64,000 nt of DNA from a bacterium. Its GTDB lineage: Bacteria > Fidelibacterota > Fidelibacteria > Fidelibacterales > Fidelibacteraceae. Positions 20,345-30,265 of the stretch are shown in pieces (position 1 is the stretch's first letter; each line of letters begins with the position of its first letter). The DNA is taken from contig OY781066.1 in assembly GCA_963676395.1 (NCBI GenBank), forward strand, positions 1,792,001-1,856,000, given 5' to 3'. A program made the position numbers and the translations under genes. Under the pieces are notes generated by a model. It saw only the letters and a list, made by a program, of their open reading frames with translations. It made no database searches and was not told where the DNA came from.

Positions 20345-22693
20345 TTATTTAGCGGTTATTGCAACCTTGATAATATCAGAAAAATGTTCTACAAAAACAA
20401 ACTTAATACCTTTTTTTACCATCTCAGGCACTTGCGCAAGCTCGGAGCGGTTCGCAATTGGAAGTATTACGGTTTTGATCCCCATACGTTTTGCTGCGGT
20501 TACTTTTTCGCGCACTCCGCCGATAGGTAAAACGCGTCCGCGTAGTGATATTTCGCCTGTCATGGCTACGGTGTGTTTTACTTTATTTCCTGTCAGGCAA
20601 GAAAGCAGAGCTGTGGTGATGGTTACCCCTGCCGAAGGACCGTCTTTAGGAATTGCCGCTGATGGGAAGTGTATATGAATGTCTTTGGTCATGAATAAAG
20701 ATGGATCGATATTGTATTCATGTGCTGTTGATCTTAAAAAAGAAATAGCGGTTTCAACAGATTCTTTCATGACATCACCCAGCAATCCGGTGGTTTTATA
20801 GTGCCCTTTTCCGGGCATGAGATTAACTTCTACGGGTAATACATCACCGCCACTTTGAGTATAAGCCAATCCTACGACTATCCCGATTTCATCTTTTCCG
20901 GGTAACTTATCCTTGAAGACTTTTTGAGGTCCCAGGAATTGCTCAAGATTTTCAGGTCCCAAATCTATCTTGTCATGCTTGGTCTCGGTTGCAAATATTC
21001 GTGCAGATTTTCTACAGACTTTTGCGATCTCGCGTTCTAGTGAACGAACTCCCGCTTCCATAGTATAATTATCAATGATCGAAGCGATGATTTTAGGTGA
21101 AAATTTCAATTGTTTACTTGATAAACCGTTTTGTTCGATTTGGCGTGGAATTAAAAATTTCTTGGCAATCTGAGTTTTTTCCGGTGTGATATAACCGGGC
21201 ATTGTGATCAATTCCATTCTATCAAGAAGGGCCGAAGGAATGCTGTGTGTGCTATTCGCTGTGGCGATAAAAAATACTTTCGAAAGGTCAAATGCCACTT
21301 CAAGATAATTATCTCTGAAATCTTTATTTTGTTCGGGATCTAAAACTTCCAACAGAGCCGAAGCGGGATCTCCGCGGAAATCTGCACCAATCTTATCGAC
21401 TTCATCCAGCATGATCACGGGATTTTGAGACCCGCATTTCTTGATGTATTGAATAATGCGGCCAGGCATAGAACCGATATATGTTCTGCGATGTCCCCGG
21501 ATCTCAGCTTCATCACGCATGCCACCGACTGAAAAACGAATGAATTCACGATGCATAGCACGGGCAATGCTTTTACCGATGGAGGTTTTTCCAACTCCCG
21601 GAGGCCCTACAAGACAAAGGATAGGACTTTTAGCATCATTTTTAAGTTTTAAAACGGATAGGAACTCAAGGATTCGGTCCTTTACATCCTCCAGTCCGTA
21701 GTGATCGTCATTCAATATATCAGCAGCTTCATTCAGCTCTAGACTATCTTTGGTGTATTTACCCCAAGGTAGATCCAGCATCCAATCGATATAGGTTTTA
21801 CTGACTGTGTATTCCGAAGAATAGGGTGACATCAACGCCAAACGTTCAGTTTCTTTTTCTACGGCCTTACGAGCTTCTTCGGTCATTTGAGCTTTATCAA
21901 TTCTTTTATTGATTGCGATCACATCGGAATCGTCGTCTTCACCTTCGCCAAGTTCTTTTTTGATAGCTTCAAGTTGTTCGCGAAGCAGAAATTCACGTTG
22001 TTGGCGATTGACTTCTTTATTTACATGCTCATTGATCTTGGCATTGATCTCGATAACCTTGAATTCTTTTTGCAAAGCTTTGGCAAGAAGGTCAAGGCGT
22101 CGGGTAATATCAAGTTCTTTCAAGAATTCGTATTTTTCGCTGATCTGTATGTTTAAAGAAGATGCAATGAGATCTGCTAATTTAGAAGGATCTTCAATAG
22201 AGAATATCACATCTTGTATTTCTTCGGGAAAAATAGGGGAGATAGAGATAATGCGTTGAAATAGATCCGAAATATTCCGGATATAGGCTTCGGCTTCCAA
22301 TTTTGGAGCGGGAGTTTCATTTAAACGTGTGATGATTCCTACGCGATATGGATCACTTGTTTCTAGTTCACGGTCTATCTCTATGCGATACAAACCACGT
22401 AACAAAACGCGTGATGAACCGTCAGGTGCTTGCATTATTTTTAAAATTGAGCATGCAACACCGATATCAAGAATCGTTTCCTCTTCTTCTTCAGTTTCGG
22501 GTGTTATAGATAGAAGTTTTGTAAAAACACCGATGGTTTTATCGGATTTTAATGCATCATTTATTAATTGATGGTGTTTCTCCTCGCGGATAACAACCTG
22601 AAAAATAATATGAGGTAGAGGTACAATGCCTTCAACGGGTAGCAGTCGCATGGTGGGAGGCATAATATCTAATGGATTTAGTTCTTTTGTCAT
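20345..22693 (-). CDS. lon: ATP-dependent protease Lon
   Basis: LON N-domain, GPPGVGKTS, RGHRRTYIGSMPG, KDGPSAG (catalytic Ser), IGGVREK. Confidence 0.97.
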   Translation of the reverse strand: MTKELNPLDIMPPTMRLLPVEGIVPLPHIIFQVVIREEKHHQLINDALKSDKTIGVFTKLLSITPETEEEEETILDIGVACSILKIMQAPDGSSRVLLRGLYRIEIDRELETSDPYRVGIITRLNETPAPKLEAEAYIRNISDLFQRIISISPIFPEEIQDVIFSIEDPSKLADLIASSLNIQISEKYEFLKELDITRRLDLLAKALQKEFKVIEINAKINEHVNKEVNRQQREFLLREQLEAIKKELGEGEDDDSDVIAINKRIDKAQMTEEARKAVEKETERLALMSPYSSEYTVSKTYIDWMLDLPWGKYTKDSLELNEAADILNDDHYGLEDVKDRILEFLSVLKLKNDAKSPILCLVGPPGVGKTSIGKSIARAMHREFIRFSVGGMRDEAEIRGHRRTYIGSMPGRIIQYIKKCGSQNPVIMLDEVDKIGADFRGDPASALLEVLDPEQNKDFRDNYLEVAFDLSKVFFIATANSTHSIPSALLDRMELITMPGYITPEKTQIAKKFLIPRQIEQNGLSSKQLKFSPKIIASIIDNYTMEAGVRSLEREIAKVCRKSARIFATETKHDKIDLGPENLEQFLGPQKVFKDKLPGKDEIGIVVGLAYTQSGGDVLPVEVNLMPGKGHYKTTGLLGDVMKESVETAISFLRSTAHEYNIDPSLFMTKDIHIHFPSAAIPKDGPSAGVTITTALLSCLTGNKVKHTVAMTGEISLRGRVLPIGGVREKVTAAKRMGIKTVILPIANRSELAQVPEMVKKGIKFVFVEHFSDIIKVAITAK

Positions 22694-22787
22694 GTGTTTT
22701 ATTGGCTCCAAATTATGATGTAATTTAAATATGAATGATGGGAGAAAAAAGAAGAAACGATGAGCGATAAACTAAAAACGGGAATAC

Positions 22788-22846
22788 TAGTGAGTAGTGA
22801 GTAGTGAATAGTGAATAGTGAGTGGTAAGTAGTAAGTAGTAAGTAG
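22788..22846. repeat. Heptamer microsatellite (TAGTGAG/TAGTGAA/TAGTAAG, about 8 units)
   Basis: tagtgag tagtgag tagtgaa tagtgaa tagtgag tggtaag tagtaag tagtaag, between dusB and lon. Confidence 0.85.
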
Positions 22847-22904
22847 AAGATTTCTAATGGAAGGAAGTTATCATATATATTCTACTATTTTGTCTAAATT
22901 GTTT

Positions 22905-23882
22905 TTATTGGGCGGTAAAAAACTCTTTTGCAATTTTTCGGATTTCATCAATATCTTTTGCGCGATTGATCTCGAAACGCATATGAGAAGCACCATCCAT
23001 TCCACGGATATAGGCAGCCGCATGTGTTTTAAATAAATTTCCGGCATACATAAGAGAATAATTTTTTTCCTGAAGATCAAGATGTTTGAAAAACGCTTCA
23101 CCAATCTGTGCTTTGTCGGGTGTGTCATGTTTAATATTATTGTCTAGATAATCAATAATATCTCTGAATAACCAGGGTTTTCCCATAGCACCGCGACCGA
23201 TCATAATACCGTCACAACCGGTTTCCTCGATCATTCGCTTTGCATCTTCGGGGGATTTAACATCTCCATTGCCGATGAGCGGAATGGAGAGTTCCTTTTT
23301 TACCTCAGCGATATGCTTCCAGTTGGCAAATCCCGTATACTTTTGTTTGGTAGTTCGAGGATGAAGCGTAAGTAGTGATATTCCCTGAGCTTCCAGTCGT
23401 TTTGCTGCTTCAATATGAACAATATTCCCGTTATCCCAACCGGAACGTATCTTTGCGGTAACCGGAAGATTTACGGCACGGACTACCCATTTTGCGACTT
23501 TTTCCATGAGATCCAAATCTTTTAAAATCGCGGAACCTGCACCACGTTTAACTACTTTGGGGACAGGACAACCAAAATTCAAGTCGATGATATCCGGTTT
23601 TAAGTGTTCTTCTATATACTGTGCAGAGCGAGCAAGGACTTCGGGGTCGTGTCCGAAAATTTGTATCCCAATTGGGCGTTCGATCCGGTCAAAACGCATA
23701 TAGTCGATAGTTTTATCATTTCCCCTAACGATCCCTTCGGCAGATACGAATTCGGTATACACAATACCGGCATTAAAAGTTTTGCACATAGTACGAAAAG
23801 GCCTATCTGTTACACCTGCCATGGGTGCTAATAGAACCGGATGTTTAATCTTTAATCCGTCGATGTTCAAGGGTTTTAACAT
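22905..23882 (-). CDS. dusB: tRNA-dihydrouridine synthase B
   Basis: LAPMAGVTD, DLNFGCPVPKV, GAGSA, GNGDV, MIGRG. Confidence 0.93.
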   Translation of the reverse strand: MLKPLNIDGLKIKHPVLLAPMAGVTDRPFRTMCKTFNAGIVYTEFVSAEGIVRGNDKTIDYMRFDRIERPIGIQIFGHDPEVLARSAQYIEEHLKPDIIDLNFGCPVPKVVKRGAGSAILKDLDLMEKVAKWVVRAVNLPVTAKIRSGWDNGNIVHIEAAKRLEAQGISLLTLHPRTTKQKYTGFANWKHIAEVKKELSIPLIGNGDVKSPEDAKRMIEETGCDGIMIGRGAMGKPWLFRDIIDYLDNNIKHDTPDKAQIGEAFFKHLDLQEKNYSLMYAGNLFKTHAAAYIRGMDGASHMRFEINRAKDIDEIRKIAKEFFTAQ

Positions 23883-24027
23883 GAATGAAATATAAACAAT
23901 AATTTTGTAAAGACAAGGTATTGCATGTCTAAGGAAGCGGAAGGTTTCGGGTAACTGTTCCTGATATTTATATGTATTTTTAGTTTATTATTTGTTACAT
24001 TAACAAATAAAAATTACGGAGTTAATC

Positions 24028-24885
24028 ATGAGTTTCAGATTTAAAAGCACAATTCTTATCGCTTGTTTAATTTTAATCTTAACCTTTAGTTGTTCTGTAA
24101 AAAGCGGTTATAAAATTTATGAATTAAAGAATGCCCCTTACCCGCATGAAGCCAGGGCCGAGGGACATGAATATCATCAGAAGCATTATAGTTACGAAGA
24201 ACACTATTCTGATTCATCGGTTTTGGTTTACATCCCCGATGCATATGAAAAAAATAACACTACAGATTTGATGGTATTCTTACATGGTTGGGGAAATTCA
24301 AAAGATACATGTGTTAAGAAATTTGAATTGGCTTCTCAATTGAATGAAGCCGGAAAAAATATGCTATTGGTGATCCCCGAAGGTCCAAAATTTGCTCCGG
24401 ATTCTCATGCCGGAAAATTTTGTGACAAGGATGGTTTTAAACGATTTATTGATGAGCTGCTAGGAAGATTGAAAGACGATGGTATTGTAAAAAATACAAA
24501 TATCGGTCGTATTCTCCTTTCCGGGCACAGTGGTGGATATTATGGAATGGCTCATATTCTCCGTTATGGCGGTTATACCGAAAAGATTTCTGATGTAGTT
24601 ATTTTCGATGGTTTATATTGGCTGGAAGAAGATTACTTAAATTGGATTCAAGCTTATGATGGTCGCCTGATCAATATTTATACGGAAAACGGCGGTACCA
24701 AGGATAATTCCGAGATGTTTATGGGGTGGTGTGATTCCCTTAATATTGATTATTTCTCGGGAGAAAGTAAAGGACTTGTTACTATGCCTGAAGATAGAAT
24801 TATTATGCTTTACAGTGATCTTGGTCACTCTGAAGTGATGCATAAACGCAAGAATTTGCTCAAGATATTAGAGTCGATGAGATAA
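24028..24885 (+). CDS. Lipoprotein with alpha/beta-hydrolase fold
   Basis: Lipobox FSC, VFLHGWG, SGHSGGY nucleophile elbow, FDGLY. Confidence 0.65.
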   Translation: MSFRFKSTILIACLILILTFSCSVKSGYKIYELKNAPYPHEARAEGHEYHQKHYSYEEHYSDSSVLVYIPDAYEKNNTTDLMVFLHGWGNSKDTCVKKFELASQLNEAGKNMLLVIPEGPKFAPDSHAGKFCDKDGFKRFIDELLGRLKDDGIVKNTNIGRILLSGHSGGYYGMAHILRYGGYTEKISDVVIFDGLYWLEEDYLNWIQAYDGRLINIYTENGGTKDNSEMFMGWCDSLNIDYFSGESKGLVTMPEDRIIMLYSDLGHSEVMHKRKNLLKILESMR

Positions 24886-24961
24886 CTATCATCATGGAAT
24901 AATATATGAAATTGTTGAGGCGCAGGATTTTGTTTTTCTACAGAATAATAAATTAAAACTA

Positions 24962-26128
24962 TTATGACAATACGACTCTGATACAAGTCCCTTCACCTTC
25001 TTTAGAGCGATGGACAAATATTTTACCCTTATGGTATTCTTCAATAATGCGTTTTGTAAGCGATAGACCCATGCCCCAACCACGTTTTTTAGTGCTGTAA
25101 CCGGGTTTGAATATATTTTTCCATTGAGAATCCGGGATACCTTTGCCGGTATCTTCGACATCGATGATCATTTTCTTGCCGGCATTATTAAAAGCAACTT
25201 TAATGATGCCGGGTTTTCCTTCAAGAGCATCTACACCATTTTTGATAAGATTTTCAAGTGCCCATTCAAGCAATTCTGAATTAGCTTGGATATTACCGTG
25301 AGCATTCATGATAAAGTCTAGTTTTACAGCACCATTCTTTTGTGGAATACGTCGTTCGATATAGCTTTTTACACTATCAAACAGGTCGCTGGTAGGTGTA
25401 GGTGTCAGCTTAATTTTTGCCCCGATCTGTGAGAAACGATTGGATACTTTTTCCAATCTTTTGATATCTACATCCATTTCTTGCGCAATTTCACTGTTAG
25501 CTCCTAATTTCAGTTTGACTATTTCCAGCCAACCCATAAGCGAGGAGATCGGTGTACCGAGTTGATGTGCTGTTTCTTTTGCTAAACCTACCCAAATAAA
25601 CTGTTTTTCCGATCCTCGAATGTATTGAAAACCAAGGAAGCCGGCGAGGATGATAACCAATGCGCCAAGGATCTCTACGAAAGGTAACCATGTCAATTTG
25701 CGGATCGTTGCACTATCACCGTAGTGGATCATTCCTATTGCTTGATCACCAATCATTAATGGTACAGGCTCATTGCTTTCGTCCATATTTGCAGCGATCT
25801 TTTGCAGATCTTGTATGAGATTATTATTTATACTTGCCGTATCAGCTATCCCGCGAATATTTTTCCAGGCATTAATTTCATTGCTTTCGGGGACCGTGAT
25901 CACAATAGGGAAAGATATTCTTGGAATGATCTCTTCAAAGAAGAAACCATAATCTGTAAAGGCGTTATCACCAGCAAGCTGAGCATAGAGTTCCGTATAA
26001 AAGATCAATGATTCTTCCGACTCTTCTCTCAGATCGGTAACAATAGAATTTGAATAAAATAAAACGCCTCCGGCGAAGATAAGAGCGATGGCGATGAGTA
26101 CAAATTTTATACGGGAAGTATTGAACAT
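24962..26128 (-). CDS. Membrane sensor histidine kinase
   Basis: Two TM segments, KETAHQLGTP H-box, ENLIKNG, DTGKG, GWGMGL. Confidence 0.92.
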   Translation of the reverse strand: MFNTSRIKFVLIAIALIFAGGVLFYSNSIVTDLREESEESLIFYTELYAQLAGDNAFTDYGFFFEEIIPRISFPIVITVPESNEINAWKNIRGIADTASINNNLIQDLQKIAANMDESNEPVPLMIGDQAIGMIHYGDSATIRKLTWLPFVEILGALVIILAGFLGFQYIRGSEKQFIWVGLAKETAHQLGTPISSLMGWLEIVKLKLGANSEIAQEMDVDIKRLEKVSNRFSQIGAKIKLTPTPTSDLFDSVKSYIERRIPQKNGAVKLDFIMNAHGNIQANSELLEWALENLIKNGVDALEGKPGIIKVAFNNAGKKMIIDVEDTGKGIPDSQWKNIFKPGYSTKKRGWGMGLSLTKRIIEEYHKGKIFVHRSKEGEGTCIRVVLS

Positions 26129-26284
26129 TGGTTTTCCTATAATTAATCTTAATAATAGGGAAAAGAAATCAAACATGCAAATATGTAAAGACGGGGGGGG
26201 GACGATCATTACTGTTTCTTACAATACCAATATCCTTGATAAATTGGATTATGATTAATAAATTCCATTTTATGGAGATATACA

Positions 26285-27430
26285 ATGTTTAAAAGAGTAT
26301 TTGCATTGATGTTTATTTTTGTGGTTTCGATTTTTGCATCGCAAAATTATTCTTGGGAAATAGTATTAGAGATCCCGGACGAGACACCACAAGATGCCCA
26401 AATTTTTATAGCAGGTAATTTTAATGGATGGGATCCAGGTAATCCAGACTATCAATTAAATGAGATCGGTGAAGGATTATATGGTATAAAGTTGGAACCC
26501 GAAATTGATGATCTTGAATTTAAATTTACTCTTGGTAGCTGGAAATCGGTAGAGGTCAATGAACGTGGTAGAAATATCTCCAACAGAAGAGCCATGTTAA
26601 ATGATTTTGTTTTACTCTCAACTTGTCGTGTTAAAGGATGGAGTAAAGTGCAAACCGGCAAAAATATAGTTGGCAATATTTCGGTGATAAATAACTTTGA
26701 AATGCCACAATTGGAAAGAACCAGAAGTATATGGATTTATTTACCTCCTAGTTATGGAAAGGGTTTAAAACGTTTTCCGGTGATGTATATGCATGATGGA
26801 CAGAATTTATTTGCCGATTCAACCTCATTTTCCGGGGAATGGGGGATAGATGAAACCCTGGAAAGCTTGTATGCCGATAGGAGAATGAAAGAAATAATCG
26901 TGGTTGGGATTGAAAATTCCGAGTACCGATTGAGTGAATATTCACCTTTCGATTTTGAGTACAAAGGTGTGCATACGGGACAAGCAAAAAAATACGGCGA
27001 GTTTATTGTAAAAACCTTGAAACCTTACATTGATAAAAATTATCGAACAAAACGCGGCCGCAGACAGACAGCTATTTCCGGATCATCCATGGGTGGATTG
27101 GTGTCGGTTTATATTGCCTTGGAGCATCAGGATATTTTTTCGAAAGTCGGTGCTTTATCTTCCTCGTTTGACGTTTGTCGGGATGAATTTGTCACTTATA
27201 TCAAGAATACTCCAAAGCGTTACCCGATTCGTTTTTGGTTGGATCTTGGTTCGGTTGAGTCCGAGCAGATGCAGTATGATGTAAGCCAGCAGATGGTGAT
27301 TGATGCTTTGATTTCGTCGGGATGGAAACCTAAAAAAGAAGTCAAATATACCTTATATGAAGGAGCTAAGCATCATGAGCGCTTTTGGCGTGATAGGTTT
27401 GAGGAAGTGTTGGAGTATTTATGGCGGTAA
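26285..27430 (+). CDS. Exported esterase (alpha/beta hydrolase) with CBM20-like N-terminal domain
   Basis: IFIAGNFNGWDP...FKFTLGSW, YMHDGQNLF, GSSMGG, HHERFW. Confidence 0.8.
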   Translation: MFKRVFALMFIFVVSIFASQNYSWEIVLEIPDETPQDAQIFIAGNFNGWDPGNPDYQLNEIGEGLYGIKLEPEIDDLEFKFTLGSWKSVEVNERGRNISNRRAMLNDFVLLSTCRVKGWSKVQTGKNIVGNISVINNFEMPQLERTRSIWIYLPPSYGKGLKRFPVMYMHDGQNLFADSTSFSGEWGIDETLESLYADRRMKEIIVVGIENSEYRLSEYSPFDFEYKGVHTGQAKKYGEFIVKTLKPYIDKNYRTKRGRRQTAISGSSMGGLVSVYIALEHQDIFSKVGALSSSFDVCRDEFVTYIKNTPKRYPIRFWLDLGSVESEQMQYDVSQQMVIDALISSGWKPKKEVKYTLYEGAKHHERFWRDRFEEVLEYLWR

Positions 27431-27460
27431 GGAAGGATTACCGACTTGAAACTTAGAGAA

Positions 27461-27545
27461 AAGCGACTCGGTTTAATTAGTATCCAACCGCCTCGGTTCA
27501 TCAGTTACTCAACCGAGTCGGTTGCTTAGCTCTAACACCGACTCG
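27461..27545. repeat. REP-like cluster (AACCGACTCGGTT family), copy 1
   Basis: aagcgactcggtt, aaccgcctcggtt and aaccgagtcggtt units in direct and inverted orientation. Confidence 0.7.
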
Positions 27546-27632
27546 CTGCAAAAAAAAACAACCCCCGTCACACTTTTTAGCTAATTTCTTCAACATAATT
27601 GCCTTTTTCATTTTCCTTTCGTAATTTCCGGT

Positions 27633-29717
27633 ATGTTATACCGTGATCTAAATACACCGGTGATCGAGCTACCTCTTATCGGTGAGAAACGTCGAAAGGC
27701 TTTGACATCTGTTGGGGTTTCTACTTTGGAAGATCTGCTGTATTATGTTCCGCGAACCTATCTGGATCGTAGTAGTGTGAAGTTGATTGGTCAGCTTGTG
27801 GTCGGTGAGGAATGTACCGTCGTAGGGGAAGTCCGTAAAGTACAAGTCATTCCAACACGAAATAAACGAAAGATCCTTAAAATTGAGATCGCTGATTCCA
27901 GTGGCTTAATTACATTAAATTGGTTTCGCGGTATTGAATGGGTCTCTAAGGCTTTCGAGGTAGGTGATCTTGTTTCGGTGTTTGGGAAAGTGGAATTTTT
28001 TCGTGGTAACACCATGACCCATCCGGATTTCGATTTTATCGGTAAGCAAGATGCTTTTAATACCGGAGCCGTGATCCCGGTGTATCCATTGACTCAAGAT
28101 CTACGGAAAGCCGGATTGTCTTCGCGTGCCTTTAGGAAATTATTCTCTCGTTTACTGGAGCAATTGAGTCCCGAAATTCTCGATCCCATTCCTCGTTCCG
28201 TATTGGACGAGCATAAACTAATGCCATTTTTAAAGGCTATTCGAGAACTTCATTTTCCTGACGATATAGCATTCTTGCAAAAAGCAAAACACAGATTTAA
28301 ATATCAGGAAGCATTCATGTTTCAGTCGGTTGTAGAGTTGCGCAGGCGAAAATTTAAAGCGCATCCAAATGGAGCAAAGTGCGAAAAAGCGGGTCAATTA
28401 TTAACCCGAATGTATGAAAATTTACCCTTTGATCCCACGAATGCGCAAAAGCGGGTAGTCAAAGAAATATATGAAGATCTCAAAGCTGAACATCCTATGA
28501 ATCGACTTCTTCAGGGCGATGTGGGATGCGGTAAAACGTTGGTGGCAGCGATGTCGGCAGCGATCATGACCGCAAACGGATACCAGACCGCAATTATGGC
28601 ACCGACCGAAATTCTTGCCACGCAGCATTATGAAAGTTTTAAAAATGAGTTTGATAGAATAGGTGTAAAATGTTGTTTGTTAACCGGAAAAACACCTAAA
28701 AAACAGCGTGAATTATTATTACTCGAGATACAAGCCGGACGCATTCCTATCGTGATTGGTACACATGCTTTGATACAAAAAGATGTACACTTTAATGATC
28801 TGGGTTTGGTTATCATTGATGAACAACATCGTTTTGGGGTGGATCAGCGCGGTGCATTGATAAAAAAAGGTCCACCACCGCATACACTGGCAATGACAGC
28901 TACACCCATTCCAAGAACCTTAAGTATGACGCTTTACGGTGATATGGATGTTTCGGTGATTGATGAAATGCCTAAAGGTCGAAAGCCCGTCCGAACAAAG
29001 TTGGTCACTCCATCACGCTTACCAAGTATATATGAATTCTTTGATAAGGAAGTCGATGCAGGTCGGCAGATTTATGTTGTTTATCCGCTGATCGCAGAGT
29101 CCGAAAAAATGGATCTTCAAGCTGTGGAGAAAGGTTATAAAGAATTGAAAGAGTACTTTCCGCATATTTCTGTAGCAATGTTGCACGGAAAGACTAAGAA
29201 AGATGAGAAAAAATCAATTATGAATGCTTTTATCGCTAATGAGATTGGCATTCTGGTTTCGACCACTGTGATTGAGGTCGGAGTAAATAATCCCAATGCC
29301 TCCGTTATGCTCATTGAGAATGCCGAACGATTTGGTTTGAGTCAGTTGCACCAGTTGCGTGGTCGTGTAGGACGGGGAACTCAAGAATCCTGGTGTATAT
29401 TGGTCCAGCGAAACAATTCACCGGATTCAACGGCTCGATTGCGTATCATGGAAAAAACCTCAGATGGCTTTGTGATATCCGAAGAAGATATGAAGCAACG
29501 TGGTCAGGGTGATATTTTTGGAGCACGTCAGCACGGCATGCCCGAAATGAAATTTATCAACATGTTCACTGATCGTAAATATATGGAGCAAGCACGGATT
29601 TCTGCAGCTGCTATATTCAATGAAGATGAACAATTGTTGTTACCTGAAAATGCCGCATTTAGAAAATATTTCCAAAAGCATTATGCTCAGAAACTGGAGT
29701 ATTCGGGGATTGGGTAA
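27633..29717 (+). CDS. recG: ATP-dependent DNA helicase RecG
   Basis: OB wedge domain, QGDVGCGKT, DEQHRFG, MTATPIPRTL, QLRGRVGRG. Confidence 0.97.
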   Translation: MLYRDLNTPVIELPLIGEKRRKALTSVGVSTLEDLLYYVPRTYLDRSSVKLIGQLVVGEECTVVGEVRKVQVIPTRNKRKILKIEIADSSGLITLNWFRGIEWVSKAFEVGDLVSVFGKVEFFRGNTMTHPDFDFIGKQDAFNTGAVIPVYPLTQDLRKAGLSSRAFRKLFSRLLEQLSPEILDPIPRSVLDEHKLMPFLKAIRELHFPDDIAFLQKAKHRFKYQEAFMFQSVVELRRRKFKAHPNGAKCEKAGQLLTRMYENLPFDPTNAQKRVVKEIYEDLKAEHPMNRLLQGDVGCGKTLVAAMSAAIMTANGYQTAIMAPTEILATQHYESFKNEFDRIGVKCCLLTGKTPKKQRELLLLEIQAGRIPIVIGTHALIQKDVHFNDLGLVIIDEQHRFGVDQRGALIKKGPPPHTLAMTATPIPRTLSMTLYGDMDVSVIDEMPKGRKPVRTKLVTPSRLPSIYEFFDKEVDAGRQIYVVYPLIAESEKMDLQAVEKGYKELKEYFPHISVAMLHGKTKKDEKKSIMNAFIANEIGILVSTTVIEVGVNNPNASVMLIENAERFGLSQLHQLRGRVGRGTQESWCILVQRNNSPDSTARLRIMEKTSDGFVISEEDMKQRGQGDIFGARQHGMPEMKFINMFTDRKYMEQARISAAAIFNEDEQLLLPENAAFRKYFQKHYAQKLEYSGIG

Positions 29718-29721
29718 TATC

Positions 29722-29769
29722 TAGTATCCAACCGACTCGGTTCAAAATTTGGAAACCGAGTCGGTTGGA
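29722..29769. repeat. REP-like hairpin (AACCGACTCGGTT family), copy 2
   Basis: tccaaccgactcggtt...aaccgagtcggttgga inverted repeat. Confidence 0.75.
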
Positions 29770-29899
29770 CGTATCTTTAAATAATCGGAACTATCTCCCT
29801 GAATTGGGCATTTATTCCCTCGTATTAACATAGGTTTTTATTGTTAACTACCATATAAAGAATTAAATTATTCTTTTGGAATATTTATTGGAGGAAATC

Positions 29900-30247
29900 A
29901 TGAACGATAAGATCTCAAGTGGACAATTATTTATGGGATTAGTGTACTCTTTAACACAATCAGCATTTATATCCTTGGGTAAATTACCCGATCCAATGAC
30001 AGGTCAGGTTGAGCGTCATTTAGACCAGGCATCACAAACCATTGATTTGCTTGCCGCTTTAGAAGAAAAGACCAAAGGTAATCTTGATGAGGAAGAAGAA
30101 AAATTCCTGACTCGCACGATCTCCGATCTTCGCTTGAATTATGTTGATGAGGTGAATAAACCTGATGACAAGAAAGAAGACGAAGACGCACCTGAAGAAA
30201 AATCTAATGAGGATACTGCCGAAAACGAAACGGCTGAAAAAGAATAA
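29900..30247 (+). CDS. DUF1844 family protein
   Basis: LGKLPDP..G.....LDQASQTIDLLAALEEKTKGNL; GGAGG RBS. Confidence 0.85.
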   Translation: MNDKISSGQLFMGLVYSLTQSAFISLGKLPDPMTGQVERHLDQASQTIDLLAALEEKTKGNLDEEEEKFLTRTISDLRLNYVDEVNKPDDKKEDEDAPEEKSNEDTAENETAEKE

Positions 30248-30265
30248 TATTGAAAAAGGATCATC

